Assembly: GCA_016840465.1 (NCBI GenBank)
Contig: JAEOSH010000001.1
Coordinates: 1 to 32,000 of the forward strand
Source: Candidatus Baldrarchaeum yapensis
GTDB lineage: Archaea > Asgardarchaeota > Baldrarchaeia > Baldrarchaeales > Baldrarchaeaceae
Length of the DNA: 32,000 bases
Reading direction: 5' to 3'
Made by a program: the position numbers and the translations under genes. Positions 1-8,131 of this stretch are shown here, piece by piece. The notes under the pieces were generated by a model. It was not told the origin of the DNA. It searched no databases and worked only from the letters and a program-made list of their open reading frames with translations. Every line of letters starts with the position of its first letter. Position 1 is the first letter of the stretch.

Positions 1-19
1 AGATGTGTATAAGAGACAG
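1..19 (+). other. Nextera/Tn5 mosaic-end adapter (library artefact, not genomic)
   Basis: Exact AGATGTGTATAAGAGACAG at the first base of the window. Confidence 0.97.
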
Positions 20-171
20 CCTTATACAAACTACACTTTAAGTGTATGATGTAAGTAATGTAAAGTTAACGCTCCTAAATTGATTCGATTGTTTCAATGC
101 ATCGCTCGCATATTGTTTTAACCCTTTTTGTAAGTAATTTGCTGCTTGACGCCATTCATATGAGTCATATT

Positions 172-1170
172 TCAAAGAGATACCGATAGTCTTAATGCAT
201 TTTCCTTGCATGCCACAATGCAAGCGAGACAACGAATACACTCCCGACTTTTTATGTTCTCCCAGTGCTCTCGTAGAATGTTTATCCCCATTGGGCACAT
301 TTCCATGCAGTATCTCTCTTTACATGCTTCCTTTAAGCATAGTGCGATTCTTCTGCTCACTCGTATGACAGAGTTTCCCGATAACGCGCCTTGGAGTGCG
401 CCCATTGGGCAGAACCATCTGCACCATGCACGTGGTACGAAAAACGAGAGTACTATTACAAATACAAGTATTGATAAGCGAAGCCAAAAGAAGTAGGGCC
501 ATTTGATGATCTCACTTATTGTTTTAAGCGAGATTCGCCCTTCTAAAATTATTCTGGGAATTGCCGAAAAGAGAAAGACGGATGGATCTATTGCCGTATA
601 AATTCCTTGTGTTAACGGTTCAAATGCCTCCAATAGAGTGTGCCAATTAAGAATTCTCGCAAGAACGAAAATCGTAGTTATCAGTATTATTACACCGAGG
701 AGCCAGTACTTAACTTTCATGAGTGTATAATTTGTCCTATGTGAAACTTTGAGGTGATTTGGATTCAATGCGCCCACAATATCCTGAATGAAGCCAAAAG
801 GGCATACCCAGCCGCAAAATGCTCTTCCAAGAAGGACCGCCGTGACTACGACTACGCCCAGCGCTACTAACGGAAACCATAATTCAAATGCGTATCGCTG
901 AATCACATCAAATGCACCAGCGACGACAGTATTAGGGGCGCTGTAAGGATAACTTATTGGAAGAACGAGTGGGTGAGATCTCAAATAATTCTCAACATTA
1001 GTATAAATGTTGGCAAAAATGTCGCTGAGCGGAAACTCCATCTTCGTCGGAAACAATTCGAACTTTTCATTAAACAGAATTATGATCGGTAAATTTATTA
1101 GGATAAATGAGACTATCTGACAAATCCTCCTGAGCGAAATATATACAATCTTTTTTAATCGAGTTCTCAC
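172..1170 (-). CDS. Membrane-bound 4Fe-4S binding protein (NapH/MauN/RdxA-like polyferredoxin)
   Basis: Several hydrophobic helices; CGWVCPFG and CRWFCPMG motifs; C-terminal ferredoxin motifs CLKEACKERYCMEMCP and CIRCLACIVAC. GTG start. Confidence 0.9.
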   Translation of the reverse strand: MRTRLKKIVYISLRRICQIVSFILINLPIIILFNEKFELFPTKMEFPLSDIFANIYTNVENYLRSHPLVLPISYPYSAPNTVVAGAFDVIQRYAFELWFPLVALGVVVVTAVLLGRAFCGWVCPFGFIQDIVGALNPNHLKVSHRTNYTLMKVKYWLLGVIILITTIFVLARILNWHTLLEAFEPLTQGIYTAIDPSVFLFSAIPRIILEGRISLKTISEIIKWPYFFWLRLSILVFVIVLSFFVPRAWCRWFCPMGALQGALSGNSVIRVSRRIALCLKEACKERYCMEMCPMGINILREHWENIKSRECIRCLACIVACKENALRLSVSL

Positions 1171-1180
1171 AAGTAATCCC

Positions 1181-1321
1181 TCACGGAATTCCTATCATTG
1201 AAACCTCCGCTGGCTTGCCAATTATTTTTACCAATAATTCCAGATTCGCAAGAACTATGCCTAGAACTATTAATGAGACACCTATCATGAGCAGTGTTAG
1301 TATTGAGACGCTGTTGCGCAT
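1181..1321 (-). CDS. Small single-pass membrane protein (46 aa), probable partner of the 4Fe-4S protein
   Basis: ATG at 1321 gives MRNSVSILTLLMIGVSLIVLGIVLANLELLVKIIGKPAEVSMIGIP; one TM helix; ends 10 nt before the 4Fe-4S gene on the same strand. Confidence 0.65.
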   Translation of the reverse strand: MRNSVSILTLLMIGVSLIVLGIVLANLELLVKIIGKPAEVSMIGIP

Positions 1322-1419
1322 GAGTTTTACCTCGTCTGTGTTAATACGTTCATTGCAACTTCTGTAAGTGGAAAGGTTAAAATTCAGAGACCTCAAGATA
1401 GATGTTCAAATATAAAATT

Positions 1420-1475
1420 GCCGATGAAGAGTGCCTGCGTCGCTGACCTGTGATGATCCCACGCAGGGCTGAGGT
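1420..1475 (+). ncRNA. Archaeal box C/D guide sRNA (sRNA-1)
   Basis: Box C AUGAAGA (1424-1430), 12-nt guide GUGCCUGCGUCG, box D' CUGA (1443-1446), box C' GUGAUGA (1450-1456), 12-nt guide UCCCACGCAGGG, box D CUGA (1469-1472); short GCC/GGU terminal stem; intergenic, GC-rich patch. Confidence 0.85.
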
Positions 1476-2150
1476 GTGGGGGTATCGATGATGGAAAATC
1501 CCCATTCGGGTCAAAGAAATCCGCATGAGGAATATCATGAGGTTATCGCTGTTCCTACACGTGTTTGCCATCATATTATTGATGTGCTTTGCTATTCTAT
1601 AATTTCGGTTTTAACTGGTGAAATTTCTATTTGTGTGGAGAAGTTTGAAAATTCTTTGGTAATTATAAACGATTCGCAAGATATCTTACTTAAAATAGGG
1701 ATTTCTCGTAGTAATAATGATAAAGTGACAGTAAGTCTAATAGGCAATCTTCCGATCAGAAGCAATTCATTAAAAAAGGAGATTATAAGAAAAACGTCGG
1801 AGATTTTAGCAATTTTAGCGGGTATGAGAGATGATTTACGTACAGATGTAATAGAGTTAATGCACAGTGTGTGTTTTCTGGAAAACTGCGGTTTTTATAT
1901 TAGGAGACGTAATTTGCAGAGTGCGTACATATTTCTTAATAGGGCGCGAGAAAGCCTCCTTAATACAAAATTGTCTTCAGAACCGATAAACGAGATAGTA
2001 TTGAAATCATTCCGCCTATTAAGCATCATATACAGACTTTTAGGGAAAGAGAGTATATCTCCGAGTCTCCTAGAGCGTATGTTTACAATAGTGTCCACAT
2101 GGAAAAACACGCTTATATTCACACTTGATGGACTGATGCATAAAGCGTGA
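1476..2150 (+). CDS. Hypothetical protein, mostly helical C-terminal half; true start uncertain (possibly GTG 1584)
   Basis: 224-codon ORF heading a tightly packed + strand run. The N-terminal ~35 codons look atypical and overlap a structured GC-rich patch. Confidence 0.6.
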   Translation: MGVSMMENPHSGQRNPHEEYHEVIAVPTRVCHHIIDVLCYSIISVLTGEISICVEKFENSLVIINDSQDILLKIGISRSNNDKVTVSLIGNLPIRSNSLKKEIIRKTSEILAILAGMRDDLRTDVIELMHSVCFLENCGFYIRRRNLQSAYIFLNRARESLLNTKLSSEPINEIVLKSFRLLSIIYRLLGKESISPSLLERMFTIVSTWKNTLIFTLDGLMHKA

Positions 2151-2165
2151 CGGGGCGTGTTACTG

Positions 2166-2396
2166 ATGGGGAAGGTAAAGAAGGGCGTTACGTGTGGAGT
2201 TGCCGGATGCGAAAACATAGCTGAGAGATCAATTTCTGTAGAGAAAATAAAGGGTATCATCGATGATATAGGGCTTAAATTCTCTCAAAGTGATGCACGC
2301 AGAGTTTACCTTTGCGAAAAGCACTATAAAGACGTGAAGAAGATTCTTAAGAAGAAGAAACTAACGGAAAAGTGGAGATTGGGACTGCCGTTTTAG
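2166..2396 (+). CDS. Small basic putative zinc-binding protein (C-x4-C ... C-x2-H), conserved archaeal type
   Basis: MGKVKKGVTCGVAGC...RRVYLCEKHYK...EKWR; Lys-rich; abuts the next gene with no gap. Confidence 0.8.
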   Translation: MGKVKKGVTCGVAGCENIAERSISVEKIKGIIDDIGLKFSQSDARRVYLCEKHYKDVKKILKKKKLTEKWRLGLPF

Positions 2397-3347
2397 GTGA
2401 ACCGTTTGCGCAAGAAAACTGCTGTCATTGGTTGTGGGTGGTTTGGATCTGCGCATTGTCGGGTTTACAGTAGCATTTCAGATCTTGTTGCTGTTTGCGA
2501 CGTCGATGACAAGAAAGCAAAGAAATTGTCAGAAGAATACAGGGCAAACTGGTATACAGATCCGGTGGAAATGTTTGAGAAGGAAAACGTAGATGCTGTA
2601 AGCGTTGTTGTGCCTCCGGAACACATACCGAGAGTTACTAAGGTAGCGGCGGAATATGGTGTCGACGTTCTAATGGAGAAACCGCTAGGAACAAGATTAG
2701 ATGATGTGAAGAATCTCATGAAGTATACAAAGAAAGTAAGAATTATGCCCGGATTTATAGAGTTATTTAATCCCATGCTAGACGTACTTGTTGAAAATTT
2801 AGAAAATATTGGAGATACGTTGATAGTTAGCACCAAACGCATAGGGCTCATGCCCCGCAGACATTGGCAAATTGGAGTAATATTAGATCTCGCATTTCAT
2901 GATCTATACGTATTAGACAGGCTCTTTGGCGATGTTCGGGGGTTTCACGTCACGGCCAGCTATATTCATGACGACAAATTCGAAGACTATGCGATCATAA
3001 TTTTAGAATTTAAGAATGGAATCAAAGGGTTGATTGAGGCAAACTGGCTTACCCCATTTAAAGAGAGGAAAATAAGAGTCTACGGCTCAAAGGGAACATT
3101 AGAAGGAGATTTTATAACTCAGGAAATTAGATTATTACTTGGACTTGAAAAAAACTTAAAGTTCTTCAACAGAGAGATTTCCTACAAACCTATTAGAACA
3201 ATAGAACCTTTGAAGATCGAACTGGAGAAGTTTCTCTACGAAGAGGAGGATATTGTGACGTTGGAGGATGGCATACGCATTCTCGAGCTGGCGTTGAACA
3301 TTTGTAAGAAAGCATATGAGACTAAAAAGGCAATGCCAGAAACATAA
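2397..3347 (+). CDS. Gfo/Idh/MocA family NAD(P)-dependent oxidoreductase
   Basis: Rossmann motif AVIGCGWFG, EKP motif, DLAFHD region, C-terminal beta-sheet domain (IEANWLTPFKERKIRVYGSKG). Confidence 0.92.
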   Translation: MNRLRKKTAVIGCGWFGSAHCRVYSSISDLVAVCDVDDKKAKKLSEEYRANWYTDPVEMFEKENVDAVSVVVPPEHIPRVTKVAAEYGVDVLMEKPLGTRLDDVKNLMKYTKKVRIMPGFIELFNPMLDVLVENLENIGDTLIVSTKRIGLMPRRHWQIGVILDLAFHDLYVLDRLFGDVRGFHVTASYIHDDKFEDYAIIILEFKNGIKGLIEANWLTPFKERKIRVYGSKGTLEGDFITQEIRLLLGLEKNLKFFNREISYKPIRTIEPLKIELEKFLYEEEDIVTLEDGIRILELALNICKKAYETKKAMPET

Positions 3348-3353
3348 TAATGG

Positions 3354-3611
3354 GTGTACATGAGCGCGTTGCTGGCAATCCTACTGATAACTCTGGTATG
3401 GACACTTGATGCGATCGCGATCGCTTTGGCAAATGATGCAGGATCCCTATTTGTGGCTTCAATGCCCGTACTGGTTACGTTGCCAGTGATATTAATATTA
3501 CTGGATAACATCGAGAATCCGCTTGTACTTGGAATAATAAAACTGTCCATTGCCGTCATTTCGTTACTAATATTTGTAAAGTTGATTCAGTTAACGGTTT
3601 TCCCCGAGTAG
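3354..3611 (+). CDS. Small membrane protein (85 aa, about 3 TM helices), unknown function
   Basis: Almost entirely hydrophobic ORF 6 nt after the oxidoreductase; its 3' end overlaps the convergent gene by 25 nt. Confidence 0.6.
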   Translation: MYMSALLAILLITLVWTLDAIAIALANDAGSLFVASMPVLVTLPVILILLDNIENPLVLGIIKLSIAVISLLIFVKLIQLTVFPE

Positions 3612-4690
3612 TTTTTTACCTTAAGTGTCTGTTCGTAGTACCTAGGACCATATGTTAGTACTATTTGGAAGAATTCTCCCTTATCTGGAGGCTTGACTTC
3701 TTCTAGCCAGCCGGATATGAAAACCTCCTCATCCTTATATGCTTGTAATCTAAACTCCTCAACATAGGAAACTACACGAATTATATCATCGGTTTTAGGC
3801 CCCTTCATTATCGTTACGTCTTCAATTTCATATACCGATGGGAAAAACATCGAATCTGTATCATCACGAACTTTCGCGAGGCATTCAATCCATCCAACCT
3901 TGCGTACACGGGTGCCAGGTGTATAAAGTGGTGAAATTTCATCCCATTTCTTAACAGGTTCAAATTCTACCTTGACAAATCTACCGAGTTTCTCACTTCG
4001 CGCATCATATATGCAATAGATCAATTTTCTGGCACCATGACTTATAAACTCATCAAATGATATGTTTTTAAACCGCCACACCTTTTCGCTCATTGTCAAC
4101 CTCCAATGTACAAATTCATTTAACCATCTTGTGTTGTTCTCCTTAAAGAGTTCGGAAAGTAGATTTCGGAGTTCTTCGGTTTCTCTTCTTCCGTAAATTA
4201 CCAAATCTATGTCGCTATAGTTAACGTGATAGAAATCATGAAGTAATGAACCAAATACCCCAAAATCTCTAATTTTCAATTTTGATCTCCCAGTTATTTC
4301 GTCTAAAATTTTAATTAGGAGTTCTACCAAGGGATCAACAACATCTGCTGTTTCTAAAATTCTTTTAAGCTTTTCGTCGGGATATCTGCATTCCACAATC
4401 ATATCATTTCTTATTCCAACAAGATAAGTGCCTAATACATCGAAATACACCTGATATTGCGGATATCTATTTAAGATGAATTTTAAGCCCTCATCTTGAT
4501 AAAACTTGTAATAAAGAATCTTGCATCCTGTTCGAGGGGCCCTCTTGTTGTTTGATTTATAAATCGTTGCGGGGGCGTACTCGGGATCGCAAATATATCC
4601 CGATTTCGGATGGTCATAGCCTAAAACTCTAAATATTATCCCTTCCTTGGATATTGGCGCATCTCTGTCACGAAGTTTTTTGCGTGACAA
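3587..4690 (-). CDS. Pol-beta-type nucleotidyltransferase, COG1665/AF1967-like (paralog 2)
   Basis: FGVFGSLLH...YSDIDLVIYG (GS + DxD); N-terminal RDRD..IIFRVLGYDHP; likely C-terminal OB-like region. TTG 4690 preferred over 4735. Confidence 0.85.
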   Translation of the reverse strand: MSRKKLRDRDAPISKEGIIFRVLGYDHPKSGYICDPEYAPATIYKSNNKRAPRTGCKILYYKFYQDEGLKFILNRYPQYQVYFDVLGTYLVGIRNDMIVECRYPDEKLKRILETADVVDPLVELLIKILDEITGRSKLKIRDFGVFGSLLHDFYHVNYSDIDLVIYGRRETEELRNLLSELFKENNTRWLNEFVHWRLTMSEKVWRFKNISFDEFISHGARKLIYCIYDARSEKLGRFVKVEFEPVKKWDEISPLYTPGTRVRKVGWIECLAKVRDDTDSMFFPSVYEIEDVTIMKGPKTDDIIRVVSYVEEFRLQAYKDEEVFISGWLEEVKPPDKGEFFQIVLTYGPRYYEQTLKVKNYSGKTVN

Positions 4691-5685
4691 ATATATTCCT
4701 CTCCAATTCCGCTCCCTATTACTATTCTCCACCACTCATCACCAGTGCTGGTGTTATATACTTTCTCGAGCATGCCAACTCCGTAAATGATATCGCCCTC
4801 CCTTGCATACCCTCTGTATGCGCCTATCATTGAGACTAGTTCCTCCGGCTTCGCATCAACATCCGGTCTTATATCACACAATGAAATTTTATAAATGGCA
4901 GGCCTGAACACCGATTCCCGTGCGTCCTTAATCTTACATACAAACTTTACTGGATGTATGGCGTGATACAGCATTTTACCATATCGTTCCTTGATCTCTT
5001 CATATTTTCGTATCGCATTAACAACAAATTTTGTGTTTAAAAAGAGCCCTTTGTTCTTTCTATATAGATCTGTGTCATCTTCGAAAATTATCTTCAATTC
5101 TCCACTTCTATGGAGTTTTTCAAGTGCATTCCTTACCCTTCTGTAATTTTCCGCCCCATAAACGGCGATGTCAATGTCACTGCCCTTTCTGTGCATTCCA
5201 AGAAGTATTGAACCATGTATACCGAAATCTTCGATGTCAACCGAAGACTCCGTACTTAGAAGTTCTATTAACTGTAATGCTCGTCTTTCAAGATCGTCTT
5301 TCTCCCTTTTGCATATTAATCTCTTCAAACCTTCTTCCGGGACATATACGTACTTTATTAATTCTCTTGGGACCGCAATGAACAGTTTTCCACTGAAGAT
5401 GCAATGATATACATACTCTGGTAGTTTTTTCGTGAATGTGGAGAGTTCTTTTACATATACATCTGGTGAGAACAATTTTCTCGGTCGATACATGCTTATT
5501 CCCGAAAACTTCCAGTGAACACTTTTTAAGAATGATATGTCGAACATTCCCACAAGATTTTCGGGTATGTACTTGGGATATGCGATTACGCGGTTCGCGG
5601 GGTGAGAATATCCAAATACGTAAAAAATAATGTTGTCGCGAGATATTACAACATCACCGTCCCTAGGAATCCATTTTCCTCTCAT
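4636..5685 (-). CDS. Pol-beta-type nucleotidyltransferase, COG1665/AF1967-like (paralog 1)
   Basis: FGIHGSILLG...GSDIDIAVYG (GS + DxD); N-terminal RDGD..IIFYVFGYSHP; alignable by eye with 3587-4690. Confidence 0.87.
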   Translation of the reverse strand: MRGKWIPRDGDVVISRDNIIFYVFGYSHPANRVIAYPKYIPENLVGMFDISFLKSVHWKFSGISMYRPRKLFSPDVYVKELSTFTKKLPEYVYHCIFSGKLFIAVPRELIKYVYVPEEGLKRLICKREKDDLERRALQLIELLSTESSVDIEDFGIHGSILLGMHRKGSDIDIAVYGAENYRRVRNALEKLHRSGELKIIFEDDTDLYRKNKGLFLNTKFVVNAIRKYEEIKERYGKMLYHAIHPVKFVCKIKDARESVFRPAIYKISLCDIRPDVDAKPEELVSMIGAYRGYAREGDIIYGVGMLEKVYNTSTGDEWWRIVIGSGIGEEYICHAKNFVTEMRQYPRKG

Positions 5686-6380
5686 GGAGATAACACCAAT
5701 AACATCAGTGACAGTAAGATTATTGTCATCGATAGAATAACTAATAGGATGTTTATCGTTTTGATTTCTTCCCTAATTGCTAAAAATTCCTTCTGAATAC
5801 TCTCCTGTAATGCCTCTTCGCCCGTACCGTCAACAAATCTCTTACCTAAAATTTCCATTGCTGCATATGCAATAATCTTAAGCACATCTTCTGATGATAC
5901 CTCCCATAATATTTCGGCGGGTCTTTCATTTTCCAATCTGTAAACTTTAATATCACTCGTAAATACCTCACGATCTCTTACCCATCTGCTCGGATCTATC
6001 ACCAGGGCTATTGCCTTATCGTAAAGTTTCTGATAGATTCTTTGAGTATTCACGTCAATTTCACTCAGAAAATCAGCACCATACCCCGGGTGGCTATGCC
6101 ACCATCCGATGATTTTCTCTTCCGATGATTTTCTTTCAAGACTCTCAGCTATATTGGCTATTTTTACAGGATCTAAGAGAACATATGCCTTACTGGACGT
6201 TTCACAAACTTCTTCAGCGTCGGTTACAAATATTTCATCTTTGACCTCTTTACCTATAAGAATACCGCCTGTCTCATTACTATAAGCATTTACAGCGAAT
6301 ACGAATATTTTTAAAAATGCTATTGGCGAAATTTTTACAGAAGGCCTATTTTCCATCAAAATCTCCTCAATCATGTGCAT
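5682..6380 (-). CDS. MPN+/JAMM metalloprotease (Rpn11/CSN5-like) with C-terminal membrane anchor
   Basis: ETGGILIG (catalytic Glu); GWWHSHPGYGADFLSEIDVNTQ (HxH..S..D); ALVIDP; terminal hydrophobic helix INILLVILSMTIILLSLMLLVLSP. Confidence 0.88.
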   Translation of the reverse strand: MHMIEEILMENRPSVKISPIAFLKIFVFAVNAYSNETGGILIGKEVKDEIFVTDAEEVCETSSKAYVLLDPVKIANIAESLERKSSEEKIIGWWHSHPGYGADFLSEIDVNTQRIYQKLYDKAIALVIDPSRWVRDREVFTSDIKVYRLENERPAEILWEVSSEDVLKIIAYAAMEILGKRFVDGTGEEALQESIQKEFLAIREEIKTINILLVILSMTIILLSLMLLVLSP

Positions 6381-8118
6381 AATAGCATAGTATTTTGTCC
6401 TCAGATACTCTATCCACTCTTACAAAGCCAAATCTCTCAAACTGTATCACCTGATCTACGGTGAGGTGCTTGCATGCGTACTCGCCTACACCCTTTACTA
6501 GTGTACCGTCCGGCATTATTATCTCAACATCTATGCACTTATCGGGCAGAACCCATTGTATTATGGAGTAAGATTTTGATTTCGCAAAACCAACATCATA
6601 ACCTTGAAACTTCGATATTAAAATTCTTTTTTCCTTCACAAACTTCACGACCTCGAAGTTTAATAGCCCTTTTAACCTTGCACCTCCTTTTCCCATAATA
6701 CTTTCAATATCTTGCATCGGTATGACAAATTTCGCTATGCCACCAATCACCCTTACATTTATTGTGCGAGCGCCAAATTTCTTTACATTCGGATGATATG
6801 GAAGTTGTACACTTATAGTACTATCCGGAATTCCATGAACCTTGAGAAGAACGTAAGGCTCTCGTACAAAGAAATATCGAGGCGCTTCGGGATCGATTAA
6901 TCTACGATTATACGCATAAAGAGAAGAAGGATCAAACTCTACATCCGTTAAACTTAAACCTAAACTTAAGAGGTACTCTCTCAACGCCTCAGGCCTGATG
7001 CCTCTTTTTGCAAGTGACTGTAAACTCCATGTTCTAGGATCATCCCATCCTCGTAATATTTTCCTCTCTATTAACATCCTTGCTTTGCTCTTACTCAGAA
7101 CAGCTCCTTTGAATGATATTTTTCCGTAATGCACGAATTCTCGTATAGGCCACCCGAAAAACTTCCAAATTATTTGCTCCATTCTGTCCTCCTTTATTAA
7201 ATCCTTACCACGTAGTATATGAGTTATTCCGAGGAGATGATCGTCAATTGCCCACGAGAACTCCAGCAGAGGCCATACACGATATTTCATGCCAACTCTC
7301 GGGTGCTCTCGCTCCGATATTCTCATAATTACATGATCTCGTAGTGCCGGATCTTCCAGATCCATGCCGGATTTTATTCTAACAACAGCCTCGCCCTCAC
7401 CGTAGGTGCCATCCAGCATTTTATCCCAATGTTCTAAGTTTTCCTCCACGGATTGACTTCTATGAGGACAAGGAATACCGGTAATCTTGTACTTTGTTCG
7501 CCACTCTTCTGCATCACAAAGACAAACATACGCATGACCCCTTTTGAGAAGTTCCTCACAGTATTTGTAAAAGATCGGCAACCTATCAGACTTATATATT
7601 GTCTTGTGATATTTCACGCCAAGCCAATTGAGCCCCTCTTTTATCATCTCATACGCTTCCGGAACTATGCGCTTTTCCTCACTGCCTATAGTGTCGTCGT
7701 ATACTAGTAGTAATTTCCCTGAGTACATCTTGACGTACTCGTCATTTAACACTGCCATTCTGGCATTTCCTATATGTAAAGGGCCTGAAGGGAAAGGTGC
7801 AAGCCTCATAACAACTTTTCTCCATCTCTCAACGTTAGGTAATGGTGGTAGTTTCTTTTCCTCCTTCTTCCCTGCTTTCGGTACCTCTAGTGGTGATAGC
7901 TTTTCGAGCAGTTTCTTCTGTTCTTCTGATGACATCTCATTTACTTTTTTCACGATTTCTTCTGTTAACTTTGCAAGCTCTTTTGCCTCACTTTTCAACT
8001 CTGGAAAAGTTGCAAGCAATTTTCCCAGTACGGCCTTTGCTTTCGCTTTTCCACCATACTTTATGGCATTCATCAAAGCAAGACGCATTATGTTCTCTTC
8101 GACTTCCCTTTCCCGCAT
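6367..8118 (-). CDS. gltX: Glutamate--tRNA ligase (archaeal type, probably non-discriminating)
   Basis: RLAPFPSGPLHIGN (HIGH), Zn region CLC...CPHR, LSKSK (KMSKS), QFERFGF, archaeal N-terminal extension. Confidence 0.97.
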   Translation of the reverse strand: MREREVEENIMRLALMNAIKYGGKAKAKAVLGKLLATFPELKSEAKELAKLTEEIVKKVNEMSSEEQKKLLEKLSPLEVPKAGKKEEKKLPPLPNVERWRKVVMRLAPFPSGPLHIGNARMAVLNDEYVKMYSGKLLLVYDDTIGSEEKRIVPEAYEMIKEGLNWLGVKYHKTIYKSDRLPIFYKYCEELLKRGHAYVCLCDAEEWRTKYKITGIPCPHRSQSVEENLEHWDKMLDGTYGEGEAVVRIKSGMDLEDPALRDHVIMRISEREHPRVGMKYRVWPLLEFSWAIDDHLLGITHILRGKDLIKEDRMEQIIWKFFGWPIREFVHYGKISFKGAVLSKSKARMLIERKILRGWDDPRTWSLQSLAKRGIRPEALREYLLSLGLSLTDVEFDPSSLYAYNRRLIDPEAPRYFFVREPYVLLKVHGIPDSTISVQLPYHPNVKKFGARTINVRVIGGIAKFVIPMQDIESIMGKGGARLKGLLNFEVVKFVKEKRILISKFQGYDVGFAKSKSYSIIQWVLPDKCIDVEIIMPDGTLVKGVGEYACKHLTVDQVIQFERFGFVRVDRVSEDKILCYYAHD

Positions 8119-8131
8119 AGTTTTCCGCCCG

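Noticed and set aside
38-298. 86-aa minus-strand ORF near the contig end
   Set aside because: Half overlaps the 4Fe-4S gene out of frame and shows no motif. A short gene from TTG 175 cannot be excluded but is unsupported.
3587-3611. 25-nt convergent overlap and other very short convergent gaps (11938-11940, 31047-31050)
   Set aside because: Ordinary for compact archaeal genomes; no sign of a dedicated antisense system.
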